From Candidatus Bathyarchaeia archaeon (GTDB lineage Archaea > Thermoproteota > Bathyarchaeia > 40CM-2-53-6 > RBG-13-38-9), in the NCBI GenBank assembly GCA_038850385.1, contig JAWCLX010000001.1, positions 31,670-55,998 of the forward strand: a stretch of DNA of 24,329 bases. Direction: 5' to 3'. The notes below the pieces were generated by a model. The model was given only the letters and a program-made list of their open reading frames with translations, did no database searches and was not told the origin of the DNA. Below, piece after piece: positions 16,486 to 24,329 of this stretch. A program made the position numbers and the translations under genes. Each line of letters opens with the position of its first letter. The stretch's first letter is position 1.

Positions 16486-17580
16486 ATGCATAGAATCGTA
16501 ATGCATGTTGACCTGGACTCATTCTATGCATCCTTGGAGGAACTACGTAACCCGAAGGCCAAGGGAAAGCCGATAGTGATCTGTGTCTATTCAGGCCGTT
16601 CAGCAGACAGCGGAGTTGTCAGCACCGCCAACTACAAAGCACGTGAGCTAGGGATAAAGGCGGGGATGCCGATCGCCTTTGCCAAGCGCCTCGCCAGAGA
16701 CCGGGACGTCGTTTTCTTGCCGAATGACATAGAGCACTACCGGACTGCCTCAGAGAGAATCATGGAGCTTCTGTCGGAGGAGGGTGACTCTATTGAACAG
16801 GTCAGTATCGACGAGGCATATCTGGATGTCACAGCTAGGTCAGGGGACGATTGGGGGAACGCCGAGAAGATCGCGGAGGAGATAAAGAGAAGGCTCAAGC
16901 AGGAGGAGGGCCTCACATGTTCTGTCGGTATCGGCCCGAACAAGTTCATAGCCAAGATGGCTTCAGATTATAAGAAGCCTGATGGACTGACCGTCGTCAG
17001 AGATGCTCAGGTGAGTGAATTCCTAAGCGGCCTTCCTATCTCAGAGCTTTATGGTGTAGGGGAGAAGACGACGAGAGCGCTTAACGATCTAGAAATAAGG
17101 ACTGTGAAAGAGTTAGCTGGCTTCGATAGGCTCGAATTGGAGAAGGTCTTTGGAAAGAACAGGGCGAGGCTGCTTCAGGAGAAGGCGAAGGGAATAGATG
17201 ACTCTCCTGTCCAGCAGTCTGAGGTAAAGCAGATATCCAGAATAGGAACATTGAAGGAAGATACAGCCGATCTTCCGACCATCACTGAGAAACTCATGGA
17301 GCTAACAGCAGACCTGAAATCGAGGATCGAGAAGAAGAGAGTCATGTTTCGCACGGTCTCGATAATAGCCATCGACACCGATCTCAAGACACAGACGAAG
17401 AGTGAGACAGTTCCTGAGACGGACAATCTGGAAGTGCTTTCGAGCACTGCAAGATCATTGCTTGAGAGATATCTTAAAGAGAATCTTGGAAGAACGCTCA
17501 GAAGAGTCGGCGTAAGAGTCTCCGGTCTAATTCCCAAGGATGAGAAGGGAGAAAAGGGTCTTGACATATACCTGAGCTAG
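16486..17580 (+). CDS. dinB: Y-family DNA polymerase IV; start ATG 16486
   Basis: HVDLDSFYASLE, VSTANYKAR.LGI.AGMP, SIDEAYLD, NKFIAKMASDYKKPDG, GVGEKT, little-finger domain ending RRVGVRVS. Confidence 0.95.
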   Translation: MHRIVMHVDLDSFYASLEELRNPKAKGKPIVICVYSGRSADSGVVSTANYKARELGIKAGMPIAFAKRLARDRDVVFLPNDIEHYRTASERIMELLSEEGDSIEQVSIDEAYLDVTARSGDDWGNAEKIAEEIKRRLKQEEGLTCSVGIGPNKFIAKMASDYKKPDGLTVVRDAQVSEFLSGLPISELYGVGEKTTRALNDLEIRTVKELAGFDRLELEKVFGKNRARLLQEKAKGIDDSPVQQSEVKQISRIGTLKEDTADLPTITEKLMELTADLKSRIEKKRVMFRTVSIIAIDTDLKTQTKSETVPETDNLEVLSSTARSLLERYLKENLGRTLRRVGVRVSGLIPKDEKGEKGLDIYLS

Positions 17581-17613
17581 ACGGGTGCGGATAGTGTATC
17601 ACGATACTCACAG

Positions 17614-17970
17614 GTGACTCAGTTGATAAACTCCTACAGCTTCGGAGTCATAGTGATAGACGGCAAGAGGTACACAGCCGACGTCATCATATGTCCGAAC
17701 AGGGTTCATGAGGGATGGTGGAGAAAGGAGGGGCATCGTCTACACCTAGGAGACCTGCAAGAAGTACTGGACTTCAAAGACTCAATGGATTCACTGGTCA
17801 TCGGGACTGGCTACTCAGGCATAATGCAAGTTCCTGATGAAGTGATTAGAGAGCTAACGACAAGGAATATCAAGGTAACAGTAGAGCCCACGAAACAGGC
17901 ATGTAGCACCTTCAACGAGTTGCTCAAATCCGGCAGGAGAGTCGTGGCAGCGCTACATCTGACATGCTGA
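17614..17970 (+). CDS. Mth938-like domain protein
   Basis: INSYSFGVIVIDGKRY..DVII, WWRKEGH, LVIGTG.SG, AC.TFNEL, AALHLTC motifs. Confidence 0.9.
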   Translation: MTQLINSYSFGVIVIDGKRYTADVIICPNRVHEGWWRKEGHRLHLGDLQEVLDFKDSMDSLVIGTGYSGIMQVPDEVIRELTTRNIKVTVEPTKQACSTFNELLKSGRRVVAALHLTC

Positions 17971-18054
17971 GAAACGGCCTGAATCTATTGCAAGCCCTGA
18001 TGAGACTCTCCTTCCTAGTAAGTTATTTTAGGGTAGCCAGATAGATTCTGGCAC

Positions 18055-19383
18055 ATGAATGATCGAGCAACGCTTGAACGTGCCGAGAAGGACAATGTGA
18101 AGTTCGTGAGCCTACAGTTCACTGATCTACTAGGCGTCATCAAGGAGGTTATCATACCTGCAAGGCAGCTGAGGGATGCGCTGACTGACGGAGTCTGGTT
18201 CGACGGTTCCTCTATTGAGGGATTTGCGAGAATACAGGAGAGCGACCTCTACTTGAAGCCGGACGGTTCGACCTATTCACTAGTCCCATGGTTGACAGGC
18301 GATGGGAAGACCGCGAGATTAACTTGTGATATCTGTAGGCCGGATGGAAAGCCCTTCGAGGGAGATCCAAGATTCGTCCTCAAGAGGGTGTGTGAAGAAG
18401 CGGCTGAGATGGGGTTCAGGTACGATGTCGGTCCTGAACCGGAGTTCTATCTGTTCAAGAGAGACGGCTTAGGCGAGAGGTTCCTGGTTGATCGTGGCGG
18501 CTACTTTGATCTATCCTCCCATGAAGGATACAAGCTACTTGAAGAGATCAGCACAGCGCTTGAGAGTTTCGGGATAAGCACTGAAGCATCCCACCATGAG
18601 GTTGGCCACGGACAGTACGAGATCGATTTCACTTATGGACCCGCTCTGAATATCGCCGATAAGCTGCTTACGCTGAAGTATAGTGTGAAGAAGATCGCGC
18701 AGGCTCATAATCTGCAGGCAACCTTCATGCCGAAGCCAGTGATGGGAGCCGCAGGTTCTGGAATGCATATTCACCAGAGCCTATTCGATAACAGAGTCAA
18801 GAGAAACGCATTCTACGACAATAATGATAGATACAGGCTGTCGGAGATCGCCTACAGCTTCATCGCAGGTCAGATGAAATACATCAAGGAAATATGCGCG
18901 ATACTATGCCCAACCGTAAACTCCTACAAGAGACTTGTCTCAGGATTTGAGGCCCCTGTCTACGTTACTTGGGCAAGCATGAACAGATCCGCTCTCATAA
19001 GAGTCCCTCAATGGTTCAATCAGAGACCGTCCTCAGCAAGGGTTGAGCTGCGATGTCCTGACCCAACCTGCAACCCCTACCTAGCGTTCGCCGTCATGCT
19101 CAAGGCAGGCCTTGAAGGCATCAAAGGCAACTTGACCCCCCCTGAACCAGTGGAGGAGAACGTCTACCAATTCGACGATGCAAGACTGACCGAGAAGAAG
19201 ATCGAGGTCTTACCGACGTCACTACAGGAAGCGTTGGATCACCTGAGGAGGTCTGAGGTTGTGCGCGGTGTTCTAGGCGATCACCTATTCGAGAGATACG
19301 TTTCTGTCAAGACGAAAGAATGGAATGAATTCAAGGCATATGTGACGGCATGGGAACTTGATAGATACGTCGACATGTACTAG
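18055..19383 (+). CDS. glnA: Glutamine synthetase type I
   Basis: QFTDLLG, FDGSSIEGF, GPEPEFYLF, HHEVGHGQYEI, FMPKP..G.AGSGMHIHQS, NSYKRLVSGFEAP, NRSALIRVP, RVELRCPDP motifs. Confidence 0.97.
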   Translation: MNDRATLERAEKDNVKFVSLQFTDLLGVIKEVIIPARQLRDALTDGVWFDGSSIEGFARIQESDLYLKPDGSTYSLVPWLTGDGKTARLTCDICRPDGKPFEGDPRFVLKRVCEEAAEMGFRYDVGPEPEFYLFKRDGLGERFLVDRGGYFDLSSHEGYKLLEEISTALESFGISTEASHHEVGHGQYEIDFTYGPALNIADKLLTLKYSVKKIAQAHNLQATFMPKPVMGAAGSGMHIHQSLFDNRVKRNAFYDNNDRYRLSEIAYSFIAGQMKYIKEICAILCPTVNSYKRLVSGFEAPVYVTWASMNRSALIRVPQWFNQRPSSARVELRCPDPTCNPYLAFAVMLKAGLEGIKGNLTPPEPVEENVYQFDDARLTEKKIEVLPTSLQEALDHLRRSEVVRGVLGDHLFERYVSVKTKEWNEFKAYVTAWELDRYVDMY

Positions 19384-19662
19384 CTTGTGTACACCGATCC
19401 TGTTCAACCTTGGCAACTCCCCAACTTGATAGACAGCGTAGAATTTGCCCAGTATCAGACGTTGAAGACGCACTACAAATCTTCAGGTCAAATGCCAGCG
19501 ATTTGAACAATGCGTGCTGGCGCATCTAAAACCTACGCCCTAAGCAACCAAGCGTGCGTAGGGTCTGAGACACCTTCACACTATCTTCTCAAGGAGAACA
19601 AGTGACAATGACATCTCGAATATCCCGGCGATATTTTCGACGGCCTCTTGACCCTGACTCTA

Positions 19663-19789
19663 GGCTGTCGGAAAATTCGCTTCATGCTAATCTGTGACTT
19701 GCCATTAGGATCTAAACCTTGCCTTTAACACCTAATGGAAAGCCTAGCCGATTGAAAACTACATAGAAAACTAGAATTTTCCGATACTA
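19663..19789 (+). mobile_element. MITE-like element, copy 1 (right end decayed)
   Basis: Left end GGCTGTCGGAAAATTC preceded by TA; partial right inverted repeat GAATTTTCCGA at 19774-19784; first 38 nt are 36/38 identical to copy 2. Confidence 0.7.
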
Positions 19790-19992
19790 AGACTCTGGTG
19801 GAGCGGGTAGCTTCAAACTATTGTTTGAAACCGTCAATCAAGCAGATCTTAAGCTGAGAAAGAACTTGAAGAGAGTTGATAGTCAGTCGAAAATCAGCGC
19901 AATTTGTTTATTTGAGATGATTGAGCAGGTTGGACTCGTAGCATCATTGTTACTCGAAATGAGCTTGACATAGGGAAACATTAAATTTCTGA

Positions 19993-20238
19993 ATGCCCAA
20001 TCAACCAACGACCGATATGTCAAAAGTCTTGACGTTCACAGTCGCGTTGAGAAAGGAGCCGGGTGACGGATATTCAGCAAGGTGTGTTGAGCTGCCAGCA
20101 GCTATAAGTCAGGGCGAGACCGAGGAAGAAGCTCTCAGGAACATTAGGGAAGCCATAGAATTAGTCTTAGAGGAACTCGAAGCCCGCGCCCAAGCCCAAA
20201 AACCCGACAAGCTGGAACTGATAACTGTCACAGTCTAG
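19993..20238 (+). CDS. hicB: HicB family antitoxin (short form)
   Basis: FTVALRKEPGDGYSARCVELPAAISQGETEEEALRNIREAIEL, the HicB signature. Confidence 0.92.
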   Translation: MPNQPTTDMSKVLTFTVALRKEPGDGYSARCVELPAAISQGETEEEALRNIREAIELVLEELEARAQAQKPDKLELITVTV

Positions 20239-20449
20239 GCTCCCCACCCTGTCTTGGCGAGACGTTCTAAGAGCTCTCCAGAAAGTTGGCTTCAGGCCCG
20301 TCAGGCAACGTGGAAGTCATATTCTTTTAAGCGACAACGGAAATATCGTCGTCATTCCACGTCATGATGAGATCAAACCCGGTACATTGTTAAGCATAAT
20401 CGACCAAGCAAAGCTCACTAGAGAGGAGTTTCTCAAACTCATAAAATAG
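20225..20449 (+). CDS. hicA: HicA family toxin; no ATG/GTG/TTG start (CTG 20225 is the first sense codon after an in-frame TAA)
   Basis: My translation: LSQSRLPTLSWRDVLRALQKVGFRPVRQRGSHILLSDNGNIVVIPRHDEIKPGTLLSIIDQAKLTREEFLKLIK*, with intact RQRGSH, VVIPRH and GTL motifs. Absent from the ORF track. Confidence 0.88.
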   Translation: MSQSRLPTLSWRDVLRALQKVGFRPVRQRGSHILLSDNGNIVVIPRHDEIKPGTLLSIIDQAKLTREEFLKLIK

Positions 20450-20524
20450 CATCAACGGCAAGAGTTTGAAATGGAGGAAAAATGGTTACGCTACGTCCCA
20501 TCAAACAAGGTGAAAATGTGGTTA

Positions 20525-20654
20525 GGCTGTTGGAAAATTCGCTTCATGTTAATCTGTGACTTAAGCCATTAGGGCCTAAAAGCTTAAGCCTTTAGCACCC
20601 ACACGAAAACTTAAACCTTAAAGCGTAACAGGAAATTTGAATTTTCCGACAGCC
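20525..20654 (+). mobile_element. MITE-like element, copy 2 (130 bp, 16-bp terminal inverted repeats, TA on both sides)
   Basis: TA-GGCTGTTGGAAAATTC ... GAATTTTCCGACAGCC-TA (15/16 inverted repeat); no coding capacity. Confidence 0.8.
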
Positions 20655-20664
20655 TAGGGGTAAT

Positions 20665-20770
20665 TGGTGGACCGGGCGGGATTTGAACCCGCGACCTTCC
20701 GGTTTCTCGGCATAGCATGCGAACCGGACGTTCTTTGGCCGAGATGTATACCAAGCTGAACTACCGGCCC
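20665..20770 (-). tRNA. tRNA-Ala(CGC) with two 14-nt introns (21/22 and 37/38)
   Basis: Minus strand reads GGGCCGG UA GUUC AGCUUGGUAU|ACAUCUCGGCCAAA|GAAC G UCCGG UU CGC A|UGCUAUGCCGAGAA|A CCGGA AGGUC GCGGG UUCAAAU CCCGC CCGGUCC A CCA. G3:U70 is the Ala identity pair. Introns at 20734-20747 and 20704-20717. Confidence 0.94.
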
Positions 20771-20951
20771 AAACGGATTCACCTAATCCCACATTCCACA
20801 AGGATACAATCCTGAAAGAGATAAAGTCGCTGGTGATCGCAGTTCAGCCTGCTTCTGGGTTGGGGCCAGGCTTGCAGTCTAAGAGGTTGTGGGTACATAC
20901 TGCTTTTCAATATCGAGCCGCAATAGATACTATTCATGTTGTTGATGCTAA

Positions 20952-21620
20952 ATGGGTAGACCTCATGTGATTGTAGGCGGTTTCATGAGTGTTGACGGCA
21001 AGACCGCACCTGCCAGCAGGCAGGGGAGGCTCTTCATCCCTCTTATGAGTGAAAAGTTGCTCAAGCGCCTCCATCAACTTCGAGCAGAGGTTGATGCTGT
21101 GCTGGTCGGTGTTGGCACGGTCCTCGCCGATAATCCTAAGCTGACTGTTAGAGCTGTTCAAGGGAAGAATCCTTTGAGGATAGTTCTTGATAGTTTGGCT
21201 GCCATCCCGCTGGAGTCAGAGGTTCTCAAAGCCAATGACGCGCCGACCATAATCGCGGTCTGTAAGAGTGCACCGAAGGAGCGGACTGATATGCTAGTCG
21301 AGAAGGGTGCGGAGATCATGCGTTTCGACTGCGAAAGATACGTCCCTCTTGAAGAGTTGCTTGAAAGACTTTACCGTAGAGGTGTCAGGAAGCTTCTTGT
21401 GGAGGGAGGCTCGGAAGTCAGATGGAGTTTCGTGAAGAACAGGCTGTTTGATGAGCTCTTCGTCTGGATCACGCCTTCAATATGGGGTGGTCGTGATGCG
21501 CCTTCCCTCGTCGGTGGAGAAGGCTGTCTCGAGAGCTCATGTTCACTTAAGCTTCAAATAGGAAAAGTCGAAGTTGAGGACGGCACAGTCATCCTGGAAT
21601 ACAAGGTTGTTAAAGATTGA
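20952..21620 (+). CDS. RibD C-terminal-domain reductase (2,5-diamino-6-ribosylamino-4(3H)-pyrimidinone 5'-phosphate reductase-like, ArfC/Rib7 family)
   Basis: MSVDGKTA, LHQLRAEVDAVLVGVGTVLADNPKLTVR, NPLRIVLDS, LLVEGG motifs. Confidence 0.9.
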   Translation: MGRPHVIVGGFMSVDGKTAPASRQGRLFIPLMSEKLLKRLHQLRAEVDAVLVGVGTVLADNPKLTVRAVQGKNPLRIVLDSLAAIPLESEVLKANDAPTIIAVCKSAPKERTDMLVEKGAEIMRFDCERYVPLEELLERLYRRGVRKLLVEGGSEVRWSFVKNRLFDELFVWITPSIWGGRDAPSLVGGEGCLESSCSLKLQIGKVEVEDGTVILEYKVVKD

Positions 21621-21650
21621 GGTACTAGAGTCACGTTCGTATCTCGCCAG

Positions 21651-22727
21651 TCAATGGCGACGGCGAAGCTCTGCGAGTCTGGCTGCATCTCCACGGCTGC
21701 AACTGACAAGTTCCTCAACCTTCCTTAATGCCCTACCATCTTCGATGGCGTTGGAGGCAAGCTCGTACCCTTCCCGAAAGGAAGAGGCCTCGTCTGCAAG
21801 GTAGAGTATCGCTGCAGCGTTTATCGCGATGAGATCTCTTCGACTGCTCTTGTCTCTTCCTGATAGAACGTCTACAGCAACCTGAGCGTTCTGCAAATGA
21901 GTCTCCTTGGCAAGAATCTCGTCAGGGTTTCCTTTTGAGATTCCGAAGTCTTCACATTCAACCTCGTAGGTCTCGATCTTCCCGTTGGAGAAAAGTTCAG
22001 AGACAGAGGTCTTTCCTAGATTCGAGAACTCATCTATCCTTATGCTCTCGTTACTGCCGTATCCCAGGGGCACGAGCGCCCTCTCATAACCGACTCTTGA
22101 GAAGACCTCAGCCACAAGATGAGTTTGCGGTGTAGAGATGCCTCTGACTTGGCGTCTGGTTGAGAAAGGGTTCAGGGAGGTCGCTATCATCAGTCTTAAG
22201 GATCCCATCAATGGGAAGAGTACAGGCGCACAAGGTTTGTTCCTCAAGTCAACTAGAGGGCTCATCCAAGGGTAGGTTTCAGCCGAAGCCCATACCGCTG
22301 TCCCGATCTTCTCAACGCACTCCTTGACGACTCGAGGTTTCGACTCGACATTTATACCCATGTTTAATGCAAGGTCTGTTGCTCCGGTCTTTGAGCTGAA
22401 GGCTGCAGCGCCTGACTTCACAGCGACAGCTCCGGCTGATGCTGCCAAAAGGACTGCGGGAGTAGTCACATTGATAGTCTTGAGAGTGTCGCCTCCGGTT
22501 CCGCCGGCTGCTACGATAGGCTTCTTGACTGAGAAGCTGAATCTCACCTTCTTCGTCTTCTCCATGGCTGAGTGCATGCCGGCGAGCTCTTCGACGGTCG
22601 GGGTCTTTGAGCTGAGGCCTCCGAAGAAGCCGGCCATCACCAAGGGCACCTCTGGATCCTTCCTCTCAAGGAGTTTCAGGATTCTGACGGTTGCTTCCTC
22701 AGCCTCATCGAAGGTTAGGTCTCTCAT
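21651..22727 (-). CDS. Anthranilate phosphoribosyltransferase (TrpD)-family protein, divergent
   Basis: GGTGGDTLKTINVTT, SSKTGATDL, LNP, IDEFS and DLIAINAAAILY fit the TrpD fold. The canonical KHGNR motif is replaced by KSGAA. Confidence 0.85.
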   Translation of the reverse strand: MRDLTFDEAEEATVRILKLLERKDPEVPLVMAGFFGGLSSKTPTVEELAGMHSAMEKTKKVRFSFSVKKPIVAAGGTGGDTLKTINVTTPAVLLAASAGAVAVKSGAAAFSSKTGATDLALNMGINVESKPRVVKECVEKIGTAVWASAETYPWMSPLVDLRNKPCAPVLFPLMGSLRLMIATSLNPFSTRRQVRGISTPQTHLVAEVFSRVGYERALVPLGYGSNESIRIDEFSNLGKTSVSELFSNGKIETYEVECEDFGISKGNPDEILAKETHLQNAQVAVDVLSGRDKSSRRDLIAINAAAILYLADEASSFREGYELASNAIEDGRALRKVEELVSCSRGDAARLAELRRRH

Positions 22728-22979
22728 TTTGGTTAACTTCTCTAGTACTGGGGCCCACCAGGAATACTTGGCTGGATAATGGGGCTTCTCTGAGGATATG
22801 GCCGGTCGTCGACGTCCCGTCTCTGGTCACCTTTCCTGCTGCTCTGCATCCGCCGCCGGGCCTATTATTTCTTACTCGAGAGCCTGTACCTACTCACATA
22901 TGGGTAGAAAACTTCAGACCGAACTGCAGACCAGATTCAGGAGTGAACACCAAAGCATTAAAGTCCATTCCACACCAAG

Positions 22980-23938
22980 ATGTCAGGCGTGAGTTCCTTG
23001 CCTGTCGTCTCCATAGTCCAGGGTGAAGAACCCTCCAGAGCAGTACCCAAAGCCATAGACCTGATCGGAGGCCCAACAAGGTTCTTCAGCGAACAAGATT
23101 TCGTCTTCATAAAGCCTAATGTCTGCGGCGGCGTTCCTGGTAAACGTGGAACATTCACCAGCCTTGAGTTGTTATCTGCAATAGTGTCGGTGCTGAAGTC
23201 AAGAGTGAAACGAGTGGCTATAGGTGAAGCAGACTCCTCCATGTATCTGGCGGAGAGGATGTTGAAGGAGAACGGGATCATCGATTCTGCCAGCAGAATG
23301 GGAGTCGATATCGTAGACCTGAGCAAAGGAGACATGGTGGAGGTAGCGGTGTCGAACGGCTGTGCGCTTGACTCAATAAGGGTCAGCCGCACACTGAGAG
23401 AAGCCACCAAGATAATCTCTGCACCGGTAGCCAAGACACATATTACAACAGATGTGACTCTCAGCATCAAGAATATGTTTGGGGTATTGCCTGAGAGGAA
23501 GAAGGGCAGGCTCCACTCAAGGATCGACAAGATCCTAGTCGATATCGCAAAGACCTTCCCTCCCACACTGTCGTGGACGGGGTGACGGCCCTCGAGGGCA
23601 TGGGGCCATTCCACGGAGACCCCGTGAATCTGGGACTCGTTGTTGTGGGCGACAACGCTGCGGCAGCCGACGCCGTCATGTCTAGCATAATGGGGTATGA
23701 CCCAAAGAAGATAAAGCACCTCAAATTAGCATCAGCGAAAGGCGTAGGGCCGATCAACCTGGATGAGATAGAGGTCGTGGGAGAACGGATAGAGGACGTG
23801 AGAAGGAAGTTCAAGAAGGCTCCAAGAGAACCGTTCACAAGGCCTATATCCAGAATCCCGGGGCTTGGCCATCTCTTCTGTCACCTAACCTATGAATCTG
23901 CGGTCAGAGCTTGGAAGAGGAAGGCCATAGCCAAGTAG
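22980..23938 (+). pseudogene. DUF362 family protein split by a frameshift near 23571
   Basis: First ORF (22980-23585) has VFIKPN, IGEADS, APVAKTH...VTLSIKNMFG and LHSRI. The second frame from 23573 continues VDGVTALEGMGPFHGDPVNLG...AADAV. Junction reads CTG TC GTG GAC. Confidence 0.85.
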
Positions 23939-24045
23939 ACTACAGCTGCGATCAGCGATCAAAGTTACCCCATCACAGAACCCGCCTGCCAGCTCATAGG
24001 TACTCTTCCGCAAAGCGTAAGGGCTGATTTGTACAGGTTCAGGTT

Positions 24046-24329
24046 ATGGCCTCCACTTGGATCATGGAAAAAATGACATGGAAGGAGGTTGAGCAAAGGT
24101 TCAACCAAACCAAGACGGTCCTCATACCTTTCGGTTCGACTGAGGAGCATGGGCATCACCTCCCGTTATCCACAGACTGCAAGATATCGTACGAGGTGGC
24201 TAAGCTCGTTAGCGAGAAGACATCGGCTCTGGTTACGCCACCTGTATGCTACGGGGTTTGCAGGCGAGGCTCAACTTTTCCTGGAACGATAACGATCAGC
24301 TTTGAAACAATGAAATCCTTAGCTACCGA
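24046..24329 (+). CDS. Creatininase/creatinine amidohydrolase family protein (5' part, runs off the window)
   Basis: My translation: MASTWIMEKMTWKEVEQRFNQTKTVLIPFGSTEEHGHHLPLSTDCKIS...PPVCYG...FPGTITIS, containing the MTW.E, P.GS.E.HG.HLP..TD and FPGTI signatures. Absent from the ORF track (no stop in window). Confidence 0.92.
   Translation, partial: MASTWIMEKMTWKEVEQRFNQTKTVLIPFGSTEEHGHHLPLSTDCKISYEVAKLVSEKTSALVTPPVCYGVCRRGSTFPGTITISFETMKSLAT

Noticed and set aside
11989-19383. Split FluG/NodGS-type system (amidohydrolase plus glutamine synthetase)
   Set aside because: The genes are 4.7 kb apart with unrelated genes between them, and GlnA has canonical GSI motifs.
20592-20801. 69-aa minus-strand ORF
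   Set aside because: It runs through tRNA-Ala and MITE copy 2.
494-24292. Numerous antisense or alternate-frame ORFs inside recognised genes (e.g. 494..922, 2090..2401, 5333..5605, 12205..12636, 17175..17567, 22324..22779, 22958..23719, 24089..24292)
   Set aside because: They are shadow ORFs of well-supported genes and carry no family motifs.
1-24329. CRISPR array, rRNA, transposase or integrase
   Set aside because: No regularly spaced repeats, rRNA motifs, or DDE/tyrosine-recombinase ORFs were seen.

Overview
This is a 24.3-kb archaeal chromosomal segment. A TACK-type archaeon, possibly Bathyarchaeia, is inferred from the intron-rich tRNAs, a stand-alone structural splicing-endonuclease subunit and frequent TTG/GTG starts. 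Housekeeping and metabolic genes include hisG, OsmC, 5-formyl-THF cyclo-ligase, dUTPase/dCTP-deaminase, an HTH-PRTase, mtnA, hisS, an amidohydrolase, a GT4 glycosyltransferase, tspO, fprA, dinB, a Mth938-like gene, glnA, a RibD-C reductase, a divergent TrpD-like PRTase, a frameshifted DUF362 and a partial creatininase. The standout is non-coding and absent from the ORF track: a tRNA-Tyr(GUA) gene at 2739..2954 split into six exons by five introns (positions 9/10, 30/31, 37/38, 53/54, 59/60). Each intron has a bulge-helix-bulge (BHB)-type central helix, and a 5' leader duplicates the acceptor strand. Two more intron-containing tRNAs are present: Arg-UCG with one intron and Ala-CGC with two. A hicB-hicA pair lies between two ~130-bp MITE-like direct repeats at the tRNA-Ala 3' end. 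A small membrane-protein cluster with Met/Gly-rich members shares a repeated upstream motif and sits beside a regulator gene broken by an internal deletion. All family calls are from recognising motifs by eye; no database search was run.
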